64,000 nucleotides of DNA, from IMG/VR virus record IMGVR_UViG_3300034375_008561, one strand, 5' to 3'. This document shows, piece by piece, positions 37,803 through 47,646 of this stretch. This DNA comes from an uncultured virus (IMG/VR IMGVR_UViG_3300034375_008561). Taxonomy: Duplodnaviria > Heunggongvirae > Uroviricota > Caudoviricetes. The position numbers were made by a program, and so were the translations under genes. How positions within the stretch are numbered: position 1 is the first letter of the stretch; each line of letters starts with the position of its first letter. Under the pieces are notes generated by a model, which was not told where the DNA came from, made no database searches, and was given only the letters and a program-made list of their open reading frames with translations.

Positions 37803-38610
37803 TAAATAAATAAATAAATAAATATTATGGAACAAAAAAATTTAAACATAGACCGATTTACGGATAAAGAAAAAGTAAAAGTAGAGTTAAACTTTAGAGA
37901 CTTATTTAGAAGAGTGAAAGGTCTTGAAGATGCACCAGATGGTGGAGGTGGTGAATTACCTTATACTAGTTATAATGCAATAATCACTGCTGGAGGTTAT
38001 GTTGAGGGTACTAGTGGTTTATTAATAGTTGGTAAAACATATTATATTGATTTTCTTGAAGTGGGGGATGATTTTGCTAATGTAGGGTATGTATCTGCAG
38101 GAACAGCTTTTGTTGCTACAGGAACGACTCCAACAAATTGGACTAATGGAACTTATGTTCTTAATCTTACAGATTCAACTTTTGACCTTGTAGAATTATC
38201 TAATAATACAGGAGAAATCATTACTGCTGCAGTAACCTACAATGAAGGGCAATTTATTAATACTACTGGCTCAATATTTTTAGAAGATAAAACACAGATA
38301 TTTATTACAATTATGGGGGTTAGTAATAATACAGGAACTGCAGCATATAGAAATGATAATGATTCTATATTATTTAGAAGTTTAGTAGCTGGAGTAAAAT
38401 ATTCACTTGAAGTAAGGGTTTATCCATAATAAAAAAAAATGAGAGAAGAAGGACATTTTAATAAATAAATAAATAAAAATTATGGCACAAAAAAATTTAA
38501 ACATAGACCGATTTACTGATAAAGAAAAAGTAAAAGTAGAGTTAAACTTTAGAGACTTATTTAGAAGATTGAAAGGTCTTGAAGATGCACCAGATGGTGG
38601 AGGTGGAGAA
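37794..38610 (+). repeat. ~160-bp near-identical direct repeat (37794-37955 and 38453-38610)
   Basis: Covers the (AAAT)n leader and first ~43 codons of both fibre genes. Confidence 0.9.
37827..38429 (+). CDS. short fibre-like protein
   Basis: Shared N-terminal module, Gly linker, distinct C-terminal domain. Confidence 0.7.
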   Translation: MEQKNLNIDRFTDKEKVKVELNFRDLFRRVKGLEDAPDGGGGELPYTSYNAIITAGGYVEGTSGLLIVGKTYYIDFLEVGDDFANVGYVSAGTAFVATGTTPTNWTNGTYVLNLTDSTFDLVELSNNTGEIITAAVTYNEGQFINTTGSIFLEDKTQIFITIMGVSNNTGTAAYRNDNDSILFRSLVAGVKYSLEVRVYP

Positions 38611-39453
38611 CCTGAAGGCTACACTACTTGGGGAACTACAATTGAGGGAGAAGAGTTATATGTATCAATAGGGGATTATAATGGAGCTGTTAATGGCACT
38701 ACTATTGAAATTGATGATGCTGGAAGTTCAGTAGATATATATGCTGATAATATAAATCTAAATGGTTCTGCTTTTATGAGAAAACCTGATTATTTTCAAG
38801 TAAGAGATTCTCCTGGAAGTGGATATAATCAACTTCATTGGAATAAATTAGAATTAAGTAGTGGATTTGGAGACCCTACTATATATACAACTAGTGGTTT
38901 TGATTTATCAGGGAGATTAAATTTTAGTAAAGACAGTATTGTGTGTTCTCCTCAAATAATTCCTAGCACAGATGCTATGGGAACTTTTTTATTTCCAAAT
39001 TTAGATGCTATAGCAACTGAAAAAACATTTGTTATGTCAGTAAATGGTGTAGATGCTGGAATTGATGGAAACGTAATAACAGGGTCTCAACAAGTTAAAG
39101 TATCATTATCTGCTGCTCAAATAAAGGCATTAGGAACTACTCCAATAGATTTAATACCAGCACCAGGAGCAGGGAAGTATATTCGAGTAACAGGAATGGA
39201 CTATGACTATAATTACACTGCAGCCCCATTTGACGCTAACAGCTTTACTGTAGACTTTGATGGAGCAGGGGATAACATAATCTTTCCTGATTTGAATTTA
39301 GCTACAACAGCTGATGACTGGGCTTTTGCTAGTCCAATTAATGAGCATAAGAATTTAGAGAATACTAAAGTAGTGGTCAATGGCACGGATTCAGTAGCAA
39401 CTGGAGATGGCGTACTAACACTAAATGTAACTTATATGATAATGACTAGATAA
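38482..39453 (+). CDS. fibre-like protein
   Basis: N-terminus shared with 37827, C-terminal domain shared with 35925. Confidence 0.7.
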   Translation: MAQKNLNIDRFTDKEKVKVELNFRDLFRRLKGLEDAPDGGGGEPEGYTTWGTTIEGEELYVSIGDYNGAVNGTTIEIDDAGSSVDIYADNINLNGSAFMRKPDYFQVRDSPGSGYNQLHWNKLELSSGFGDPTIYTTSGFDLSGRLNFSKDSIVCSPQIIPSTDAMGTFLFPNLDAIATEKTFVMSVNGVDAGIDGNVITGSQQVKVSLSAAQIKALGTTPIDLIPAPGAGKYIRVTGMDYDYNYTAAPFDANSFTVDFDGAGDNIIFPDLNLATTADDWAFASPINEHKNLENTKVVVNGTDSVATGDGVLTLNVTYMIMTR

Positions 39454-39510
39454 TGAAAAAATTCTGGGACCACAAAAGCATAAATTGCTAACTATATAAA
39501 ATAATTAAAA

Positions 39511-41031
39511 ATGATGACATTAAGTCCAAAAGAAAGTATAAAGAAGAGTTTACAAAAGACAAGAGAAAATTTTATAGACCTTTTCAGAAGAGTCACAGCT
39601 CTTGAATCAGGAGGAGGAGGAGGAGGAGGAGCCTCAGTTATTGAAGTAACAAAAGCAGAGATAGATGTACTAATTGCCAATGGAGAATTAGTTGTTGGCT
39701 CTGCATATAAAATAAGTGGCGTAGACACTGCTTTGTATGGTGGAACTACAATTATGCTTCAAGCAGTTGAAACAGATAAGCTAAGCTTAGATGGAGTAGG
39801 AATTTTTTACAATCCTAAATATGACGATACAGTAAGTGGATTCAATGTTTTTGATGATGCAGGAGTTTATATAGTAGGGGATAGAGTGCATTGGGGAGGT
39901 AAAACTTGGGTAAACCTAAATGGGAATACTGGTATTCCACCTGATGTAAATTATGAATACGAACTTAGTGCAGATTGGACTGCACTTCCATTTGATGCAG
40001 TAGAATACAATGTAGCTTATGATGCTATTAAATACGATTATGAAAATGACTTAATTGTAGAACGAAATGAAAACAACTCAAATATAGTATCTTGTGATAG
40101 ATTGACTGTTCAGCTTTATGGGAAAAGTCCTATCAGAGCCTTCATGTGGGGTAATAACCCAACTATCTTTGAAGACCTTTACATATATACTTATTATGGT
40201 AGAGCATATGGTTCATATACTCCTACTTTTTCTGCTGATATTTTTGGTATAGCGAATAATAGGATTATAAATTCTTTAAATGAAAATATTAATTTTAAAG
40301 GGCTTGCTTCTTATAATATAACAATGATTGAAAATAGTCAACAGGTTAGGTGTATATTTAAGACAGGGAGTTATCAAGTCAATATATCACTCTCAGGTAA
40401 AAGCCAACAGTTTGATTTAGTATTCGAGAATGGTTCATACCAAGAAGATATTATTTTAACGGACAATACTATTCAAAAGGATGTTAAAGCAGACAACAGT
40501 TCACAAACACATTTAAGAATGAATAAAAGTGTTCAACAGAGCTTAACTCTTATAAATGCTGCACAAAGCTTTTGTTTATTTGATGATGGTTCACAATTTA
40601 ATACTAGTTTTACTGATTGTACCCAAGCTAATTGTCAATTTCTTTATGGAGGAGTACAACAGCAATGTGCATTTTCAGTTGGTAGCCATCAAAGGCATTG
40701 TAAATTTATAGGTGAGAATGCAGAACAGAGAAGATTAACTTCTGCATTAGGGCATATACAAGAGAGAATTGTGTTTGAAGATTATTATAGTGAAAGATTA
40801 GCTTTGAATCCAACTGCAACAGAGGCAGATTTAATTTATAGTCCACGTATAATAACCAAACCATTCTTAGTAGCTGACTTACCTGATGGTATTACACCAA
40901 ATCTCAGATATGTTGGAATGAAATGTTTTGTGACAGATGCAACTGCACCCACTTATGGGGCAACCATTGCTGGTGCTGGTGCTGTGTTTTCTCCTGTGAT
41001 TTGGGATGGAAGTAATTGGATAGTGGGATAA
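39511..41031 (+). CDS. tail fibre/spike with Gln-ladder beta-helix-like region
   Basis: ENFIDLFRRVTALESGGGGGG, ~11-aa periodic S.Q repeats, C-terminal VIWDGSNWIVG. Confidence 0.65.
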   Translation: MMTLSPKESIKKSLQKTRENFIDLFRRVTALESGGGGGGGASVIEVTKAEIDVLIANGELVVGSAYKISGVDTALYGGTTIMLQAVETDKLSLDGVGIFYNPKYDDTVSGFNVFDDAGVYIVGDRVHWGGKTWVNLNGNTGIPPDVNYEYELSADWTALPFDAVEYNVAYDAIKYDYENDLIVERNENNSNIVSCDRLTVQLYGKSPIRAFMWGNNPTIFEDLYIYTYYGRAYGSYTPTFSADIFGIANNRIINSLNENINFKGLASYNITMIENSQQVRCIFKTGSYQVNISLSGKSQQFDLVFENGSYQEDIILTDNTIQKDVKADNSSQTHLRMNKSVQQSLTLINAAQSFCLFDDGSQFNTSFTDCTQANCQFLYGGVQQQCAFSVGSHQRHCKFIGENAEQRRLTSALGHIQERIVFEDYYSERLALNPTATEADLIYSPRIITKPFLVADLPDGITPNLRYVGMKCFVTDATAPTYGATIAGAGAVFSPVIWDGSNWIVG

Positions 41032-41032
41032 T

Positions 41033-41650
41033 ATGAAACTAAGAAATAAACTTTTTAGGAGAAAATCCTTTGCTTTATCTCGACAACCTATTTTCATACA
41101 TATACCTAAAACTGGTGGAACAGCTTTAGAACATTGCTTTAAGCAAGCTGGATTAAGAATAAATAATTTATTACATACCCCAGCAAGATTTATTAAAGAA
41201 CGTTTTCCTGATAATTATAAAGACCAATTTACTTTCACTATTGTCAGGAATCCTTATGCAAGATTTTTAAGTGCTTGCAGATATAATGGAGTAGATGATG
41301 AAAACATTGAGGAGTTATCCTCCCAGATAAAGGGAGGAAATGTAGATTGGTGCAGTAATTTTAGTATACATCATTATGAACACTTTTTCACTCAGAAACA
41401 TTTTATAACAGACTTTGATAATGAAACTATTATAGTAGATTACATAGGAAAGTTTGAAGACCTACAAAATGTAATAGATATTCTAAAAGAGAATGATGCT
41501 GACATCTCTAAGTATTTTGAGGTCAAAGCAAGTAAGTCCTCAGATTGGGAAAATATCTTAACACAAGAAACAAAAGACAATATCCAAAGTATTTATAGTG
41601 AAGACTTTACATTATTTAATAACTTTTATAAGAAATATATTACAAATTAA
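41033..41650 (+). CDS. sulfotransferase family 2 protein
   Basis: PAPS-binding motifs FIHIPKTGGT and VRNPYARFLS, plus DYIGKFEDL and YSEDFTLF. Confidence 0.88.
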   Translation: MKLRNKLFRRKSFALSRQPIFIHIPKTGGTALEHCFKQAGLRINNLLHTPARFIKERFPDNYKDQFTFTIVRNPYARFLSACRYNGVDDENIEELSSQIKGGNVDWCSNFSIHHYEHFFTQKHFITDFDNETIIVDYIGKFEDLQNVIDILKENDADISKYFEVKASKSSDWENILTQETKDNIQSIYSEDFTLFNNFYKKYITN

Positions 41651-41704
41651 TAAAATATTAATTGTATCTTTGCCTAGGCAGAGTATTAAAATATAGAAAT
41701 AACG

Positions 41705-42271
41705 ATGAAGCAATATAACTTTTTTAACTTTTTTACTAATTTTAATTGGAAAAAAGCTTTAATTTTTCTTCCTGTACCATTATTAGCCCACCTTGAATCT
41801 GTGATATACCCCTTAATTACTTTATTCATAGTCATCAACTTAGACTTACTAACAGGACTAGTATCTTATTTTTACAAGCTTCGTAAAGAAATAAGCAGAC
41901 CACTTATCTTAAATGATTATAGGTATGGTGTAGTATCAGGTGGCATAAGACAAACAATAATAAAATCATACCAATATGGTATGGCATTCATAGTTTTATT
42001 CATAATAGAGATGATGGCATTTAAAGGCTCATACTCTTTTGAAGTACCATTAATTGGTATTCAAGCAAACCTAAGTCAATTCCTTTTGTGGGCTCTAGTT
42101 ATGATAGAGGTCAAGAGTATAGATGAAAACTTAAAAGGGGTTAGTGGTAAATCATTATTTGAGTCCATAGGACAAACTTTTCAATTTTTTAGAGACTTCG
42201 TCAATAAAATCACTGGGAAAACACAAGACACCAGAGATTGGGAGGAATACCCTGATGACGAGGCTCGTTAA
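41705..42271 (+). CDS. putative holin
   Basis: Three hydrophobic segments. DLLTGL...GIRQTIIK...EVKSIDENL. TATCTTTG at 41665-41672. Confidence 0.7.
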   Translation: MKQYNFFNFFTNFNWKKALIFLPVPLLAHLESVIYPLITLFIVINLDLLTGLVSYFYKLRKEISRPLILNDYRYGVVSGGIRQTIIKSYQYGMAFIVLFIIEMMAFKGSYSFEVPLIGIQANLSQFLLWALVMIEVKSIDENLKGVSGKSLFESIGQTFQFFRDFVNKITGKTQDTRDWEEYPDDEAR

Positions 42272-42285
42272 TTTCAAACAACTAT

Positions 42286-43605
42286 ATGATTAAAAAACAG
42301 ATTATTAATCACCTTCTAGCAAATGGTGGTAAACTGACATCAGAAGAAACTTGGCTATCAATAGCCAAAAGATATGGTATTGAACCAGCAGACCAAGAGA
42401 GGGCTGCAACAGATAAGAAATACAAAAACAAGACAATAGCAAGATTAGCTCAGAGATACTGGCAACAGTATTGCAAACAAGAGAACAAACTAAGCCTTGT
42501 CAGTCAAACCTTCAAAGGTGATAAATTAGCCTTTGAGACATTTAAAAAACAACAAAAACAAGCAGTCCCAATTGACTTTGATGACTTTGAGATAGAAAAA
42601 CTCACAACTAATCCCAATGGAGTTCCATGGATTAAGATGAAAAAGAAGGAGAACTTCTACTCAGAGGAACATCTTGCAAATCTAAAAGAGGTACTGACAA
42701 AAGAATTAGAACCTTTCAACTATAACCCAACTATATTTACAAATGGCAAAGCTCATTTTGTATATGGTGCTGACAAGCATATTGGGGCTCTCACTAAACT
42801 AGATTCTATTTACAAGAACATATATGACAAAGATGTCATGAGAGAGAGGATAGTCTACGCTACTATCAGAAATATACAAGAAAGTGTAGCATTACATGGA
42901 GCATTTGATTCTTTGTTCATTATGGACTTTGGAGATGCTCTTGATGGCTTTAATGCAAAAACTACTGGTGGTTTAAGAGGAACATCTTCTCACACACTAC
43001 CTCAGCAGTTAAACAATAGGGAACAGCATGACTTCTATGTAGAGTTACATAGGGAATTGTTTGACATCATTATGGCTAATGATTTTGCAAGAGATGTTTA
43101 TTTCATTGCAACAAGTAACTCAAATCATGGTGGAGACTTTGAATACGGAGCTATGAAGCACCTTGAGACCTACTTAGAGGTAAAGTATCCAGACATCAAA
43201 ACTTATGTCTCCTACAACGCTTACAATCATTTTATATGGGAAGGACATGCTCTTGTTTTTGGACATGGAAAAGATGATGAAGATATGAAGAATGGACTAC
43301 CTTTAGTCATTAATGATAAAGTAGCTTCTGTCTTATCTGATTACATCAGAGTGAACAAGTTAGATGACTACAATGTAAGTGTTATCAGTGGTGACTTACA
43401 CCAATCAGCTGATGGATATGCAAAGAATTTCAGATACAAAAAAGTACTGTCACAATATGGTAGTTCTAAATGGATGCACACCAACTTTGGTTCAGGGCAA
43501 CCAGGATTATCTTCTGAAGTTTTTGTAGCTAATACAAGAAAAATATACAAGGATGAAGACTTCTTTGAAATAGAAGAAGAGTCAAACACAGGAATAACAT
43601 TTTAA
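42286..43605 (+). CDS. calcineurin-like metallophosphoesterase
   Basis: ADKHIG, GDALDG, SNHG, GHG, GDLH. Confidence 0.8.
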   Translation: MIKKQIINHLLANGGKLTSEETWLSIAKRYGIEPADQERAATDKKYKNKTIARLAQRYWQQYCKQENKLSLVSQTFKGDKLAFETFKKQQKQAVPIDFDDFEIEKLTTNPNGVPWIKMKKKENFYSEEHLANLKEVLTKELEPFNYNPTIFTNGKAHFVYGADKHIGALTKLDSIYKNIYDKDVMRERIVYATIRNIQESVALHGAFDSLFIMDFGDALDGFNAKTTGGLRGTSSHTLPQQLNNREQHDFYVELHRELFDIIMANDFARDVYFIATSNSNHGGDFEYGAMKHLETYLEVKYPDIKTYVSYNAYNHFIWEGHALVFGHGKDDEDMKNGLPLVINDKVASVLSDYIRVNKLDDYNVSVISGDLHQSADGYAKNFRYKKVLSQYGSSKWMHTNFGSGQPGLSSEVFVANTRKIYKDEDFFEIEEESNTGITF

Positions 43606-43631
43606 AGTACTTAACAGATAAATAAAAAATT

Positions 43632-44117
43632 ATGGAATTAACAGATTTAAGAATTACAAATAATTCGCCAAAAAATGAAAAGATTACACAACAAAATTTT
43701 AAAAGGCTTGAAGTCCTGGAAGTAGTGGAAGTAGTAGGTAGTGTAAACTATATAGAGAGAGCTCCAGGAACATTATTAGAGTCTGAATCAGGAAGTCAGT
43801 TTCTAATCAGTGGTTTTACTGGGGAAGCATTCTTGTTACCAGATAACCCTGCTACTAACACACAGTATGAATTTTTCATTACTAGTGGTCCAGGAATAGG
43901 ACTTACTTCAGTTACTACTCAAGGAACATCTGAACTGATAGGGACAGTAATAACAGCAGCATCAGGAGTAGCTGGGGTGATAACAGGCTATACTGGGAGT
44001 GATAATAAGACAGGTATCAACTTTTCAGGAGAGTCCCTAGGAGCACGTTTACTAGCGATATACAATGGTAATCATTGGATGATAACAGCAAATGGAGCAG
44101 GTATAACATTAACCTAA
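43632..44117 (+). CDS. short fibre/decoration protein
   Basis: KITQQNFKRLE N-terminal module, LLPDNPA...YNGNHWMI. Confidence 0.55.
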   Translation: MELTDLRITNNSPKNEKITQQNFKRLEVLEVVEVVGSVNYIERAPGTLLESESGSQFLISGFTGEAFLLPDNPATNTQYEFFITSGPGIGLTSVTTQGTSELIGTVITAASGVAGVITGYTGSDNKTGINFSGESLGARLLAIYNGNHWMITANGAGITLT

Positions 44118-44154
44118 TAGTGCTTAGTTAAATAAATTTTACTATCTTTGTAAG

Positions 44155-44871
44155 ATGGAGTCAGAACTAAACAAAATAATTAGCTTCTTTAAAGCATTGA
44201 CTTTCAATGAAGCTAGACATATATATCATGTGGGAGACCATAGGGTTAAAGAATCAGTATCAAAAAAGCTGAAAGTTTTTGTGCCTAAAGCAGATTTTGA
44301 GGGGATAGCAATCTCTATTGATAAGAGAGACAAGCTGCCCCCTGGCACCACAGCTCATCTTTGGAAATTAAATTCTGATGTTGCATTAGCTATTGGAAAC
44401 AGAGCTCACTATTTTGGTGAGCTATATGCGTTTAATAGGGACCTAATTCCACCAACAGGATACGAAGAAGCAGTTGTTAAGTTTTGGAATGACATCCCAA
44501 ATCACATTGTACCAGTTATAATGGAGCTAAAGATGTACCATAAAGAGTACATGTTTGCAGGAACAGGAGATATTCTCTTGTACAATATGCAAACAGGAAA
44601 GTATATTATTGGTGACTACAAAACAAATAAGGATTTATACAAGAATTTTAATGGACAAAAATTAAAAGCTCCATTTGATAGTTTATTAGATATGCCTCTA
44701 AACCACTACCAATTACAATTATCTTACTACCAACTTTTGTTTGAACAAACAGGTTTTGAAGTAGAGAGTAGAAAGGTTATCTGGCTAAAGCCAAGTGGAG
44801 AATATGAGATGTTTGATACAGAAGATTACACTGAAATTTTAAAAGAACATTTAAAACATTTAAAACAATAA
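44155..44871 (+). CDS. PD-(D/E)xK nuclease
   Basis: ELKM...AGTGDIL...IGDYKT...YQLQLSYY. Confidence 0.85.
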   Translation: MESELNKIISFFKALTFNEARHIYHVGDHRVKESVSKKLKVFVPKADFEGIAISIDKRDKLPPGTTAHLWKLNSDVALAIGNRAHYFGELYAFNRDLIPPTGYEEAVVKFWNDIPNHIVPVIMELKMYHKEYMFAGTGDILLYNMQTGKYIIGDYKTNKDLYKNFNGQKLKAPFDSLLDMPLNHYQLQLSYYQLLFEQTGFEVESRKVIWLKPSGEYEMFDTEDYTEILKEHLKHLKQ

Positions 44872-44874
44872 AGT

Positions 44875-46164
44875 ATGAAATTAGATTGGTATATTACTAG
44901 GTTACCTTGGCTCTGGTGGAAATTAAAAGGGATTATTGAATCTCCAACAATCTTATCACCAACCGAGAACAGGATTATAGTCACTCAGGCTAACAAAGAC
45001 ACTATCTTAGGAGGAGTAATTGATTCTACTAAGGAATACTTTTTGGATGGGATTATTGATATGGGTTCAACCCAAATAACAGTTCCTCCAACTGGAATGA
45101 CTATATCAGGTCTGTCTTTTGACATTAGTGGTCTTACATCATCTGAAGACAATTATACGATGTTTATATCTGAGTCTATTGGTATAGGCAGTGGCAACTT
45201 GTTAGGTGCTGATTACTTTATATCAGTTTTAGGAGCAGGTTCTAAAGTGTACGAGTTATATGATGCTACGGGGTTTAATGCTTTTGAGTTCTCAAGAATC
45301 AACTACATAGATTGTACTGATTTAGGAGACATATATGACTACAGACAAGGACTAGAAGATGGTACAGGAAGATTTGGAGGTTCTCCTTCATTGACGCTAC
45401 ATGGCTTATGGAGAGGCGGTTATAGAATAACTACAAGTATTGTTAGAAGTTTAGCAGGAACAATGACTAAGCCATTATTCAAAGAAGGAACCTTATTTCA
45501 AATGAATAGTAGGTTTTTAACAGATATTAACTGTGACCTACCTACTTTAGCACCTTTCTGTGATTTTCAGGCTATAAACTTTGTAAACCCTTCTACGGTG
45601 CAAATTAAGGGTGCTATAATAAGTAGAGACGGAGGATTTAATGCTAATGATGCAAACATATTTCCAAATCTATTAGCAAGTGATTTACCTTGTGATTGGG
45701 ATAACAATATAGGTATTTCTAATACTTTCGTAGGAGGAGCTTTAAATAATACGTCGGAAATAGCAACTAATATTGTAACACAAAATGAAGCAGTAGATTT
45801 AAACGGAACTTTTACTCCTATTGATTTACAGCACTTTGATAGTCCTGTTAATGGTCAATTAAGACATATAGGAACAAATCCAAGAGAATATAACGTTACT
45901 TTCGACTTTGTTTTAGACGGTACTAATAACGGAGAATACACTTTATTTTTATTAAAAAGTGATGGAGGTCTACCTTCTGTGGAATACACACAAAAAAGAG
46001 TTATTAATAACTTACAAGGCGGTAGAGATGTAGCTTATTACAACGGACAAACTGCTGTAATATTAAATCAAAATGAGTATATATTTTGGCAAGTAGCAAA
46101 CTCAACTGGAACCCAAGATTGTACTTTAGAATTAGATTCAACTTGGTCTGTAAAAGAAAGATAA
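44875..46164 (+). CDS. hypothetical beta-rich (probably virion) protein
   Basis: 429-aa ORF. Confidence 0.6.
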   Translation: MKLDWYITRLPWLWWKLKGIIESPTILSPTENRIIVTQANKDTILGGVIDSTKEYFLDGIIDMGSTQITVPPTGMTISGLSFDISGLTSSEDNYTMFISESIGIGSGNLLGADYFISVLGAGSKVYELYDATGFNAFEFSRINYIDCTDLGDIYDYRQGLEDGTGRFGGSPSLTLHGLWRGGYRITTSIVRSLAGTMTKPLFKEGTLFQMNSRFLTDINCDLPTLAPFCDFQAINFVNPSTVQIKGAIISRDGGFNANDANIFPNLLASDLPCDWDNNIGISNTFVGGALNNTSEIATNIVTQNEAVDLNGTFTPIDLQHFDSPVNGQLRHIGTNPREYNVTFDFVLDGTNNGEYTLFLLKSDGGLPSVEYTQKRVINNLQGGRDVAYYNGQTAVILNQNEYIFWQVANSTGTQDCTLELDSTWSVKER

Positions 46165-46168
46165 AATT

Positions 46169-46909
46169 ATGAAGACAAAAGAAATAATACAACGGATTCA
46201 ATCTCTTTATTCTAAAGGGGTAAAATCTGATGATTCGAGATTGTCATCAAGACACATTTATAATAAAGCCTTGACAACTAGGGCTTTTCTCATTGAACAG
46301 AAACTGGATAAAAGACAGCCTATTAGTCAGTCTGTATATCAAACTCTTGATTGTGTAGAGCTTATTCCTGCTCTACCTTATGAGTGTCCTTGCCTGCCTG
46401 AAGTAGGATGTAAGATACTAAGAACAAAATATCAAATACCTCAACTACTTACTGGATTACTAGAAGGTGCTGCTATTCAATCAGTTAACTCTGTTGAAGG
46501 TAGTTTAACATTTAATAGAACAACATTTGAGGACAAGAAATATAAAAAGGGAAATAAGTACACAGCTTCAAAACCTGATTATTACATTAGAAATGATTAT
46601 ATTTATATCACCTGCAAGGATGCACCTAAAGTAATTACTATAACTGGTCTCTTTGATGACCCATTGGATGCCTGGGATTATCCTAGTATCTGTGGGGCTG
46701 ATGATTGTGTAGACGCAACCACAGAAAGTACAAATCCTACTAACTGCCCAGAATGTGTCAGTCCTCTTGATAAAGAATTCCCAATTGAGAAGAGCATGAT
46801 TAAGACTTTAGTCGAGATTGCAAGCACAGAGTTGATAGGAATGTTTAATCAGAGCAGAGAAGACAAAAGCAATAATACAAAAGATTCAACAACAGAAGAA
46901 ACTAAGTAA
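46169..46909 (+). CDS. tail ring protein
   Basis: SDDSRLSSRHI...YQTLDCVEL...GLFDDP...EFPIE, crAss-like synteny. Confidence 0.6.
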   Translation: MKTKEIIQRIQSLYSKGVKSDDSRLSSRHIYNKALTTRAFLIEQKLDKRQPISQSVYQTLDCVELIPALPYECPCLPEVGCKILRTKYQIPQLLTGLLEGAAIQSVNSVEGSLTFNRTTFEDKKYKKGNKYTASKPDYYIRNDYIYITCKDAPKVITITGLFDDPLDAWDYPSICGADDCVDATTESTNPTNCPECVSPLDKEFPIEKSMIKTLVEIASTELIGMFNQSREDKSNNTKDSTTEETK

Positions 46910-47367
46910 TGAAGAATTTAAGAGATAGTTATAAATTATACAAAGAAAGTGTAGAGAACCCAACAGATATTAAAACATACCTGCTTTTAGCAGCAGACTA
47001 TAATAAGTTCTTAATAGACAAGGTGTTAGAAGGGAAATCTATAACCTTACCCTCAAGAATGGGTACCCTGGAAATAGTAGGGAGAAAGACAAAGATAAGA
47101 TTTGATGAAGATGGAAAGATAATAGGTCTAGCTCCTGATTGGGTAAAAACAAAAGAACTGTGGGACAAAAACCCACAAGCTAAGAAAGAAAAGAAAAGGG
47201 TATTCCACCTTAATGAAGACACAGGAGGATATCGATTCAAATTTTTATGGTCAAAGAAGAATGTATTAGTAGAGAATAAGACTCTATATTCTCTTAGGTT
47301 AACAAGAACAAACAAAAGAGCTGTACACGAGAACATAAAGAATGGGGTACAGTATAAAACAATTTAA
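46909..47367 (+). CDS. IHF/HU-like protein of the crAss-like tail module
   Basis: ITLPSRMGTLEI...PDWVKTKELW. Confidence 0.6.
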   Translation: MKNLRDSYKLYKESVENPTDIKTYLLLAADYNKFLIDKVLEGKSITLPSRMGTLEIVGRKTKIRFDEDGKIIGLAPDWVKTKELWDKNPQAKKEKKRVFHLNEDTGGYRFKFLWSKKNVLVENKTLYSLRLTRTNKRAVHENIKNGVQYKTI

Positions 47368-47369
47368 TT

Positions 47370-47633
47370 ATGGAAGAAAAAGTAATGGCATCAGATGTTA
47401 CCTTTGAAGGTAAGCCAAAAGTCAAACTCCCAAAAGGAGCAGAAGTTATCAAAAAAGAAGTTAGAATAACAGTAGAGGAAATAGAAAATGGATTTATTGT
47501 AAAAAAGAGTTATGACATCACCTTTACTCTAGGAGAAAAAACTGATTATTTATACTATACTAAAAAAGTGTTTTCAGATGATAATCCTATTCAAATAGAG
47601 GATGATAAAATGTTAGCAGATTATTTTGATTAA
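47370..47633 (+). CDS. hypothetical protein
   Basis: 87-aa ORF. Confidence 0.65.
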   Translation: MEEKVMASDVTFEGKPKVKLPKGAEVIKKEVRITVEEIENGFIVKKSYDITFTLGEKTDYLYYTKKVFSDDNPIQIEDDKMLADYFD

Positions 47634-47646
47634 TAAATAAAACATT

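Noticed and set aside
35925..41031. Diversity-generating retroelement or invertible fibre locus
   Set aside because: No reverse transcriptase or recombinase in the window. The repeat is direct, N-terminal and not adenine-specific in its differences.
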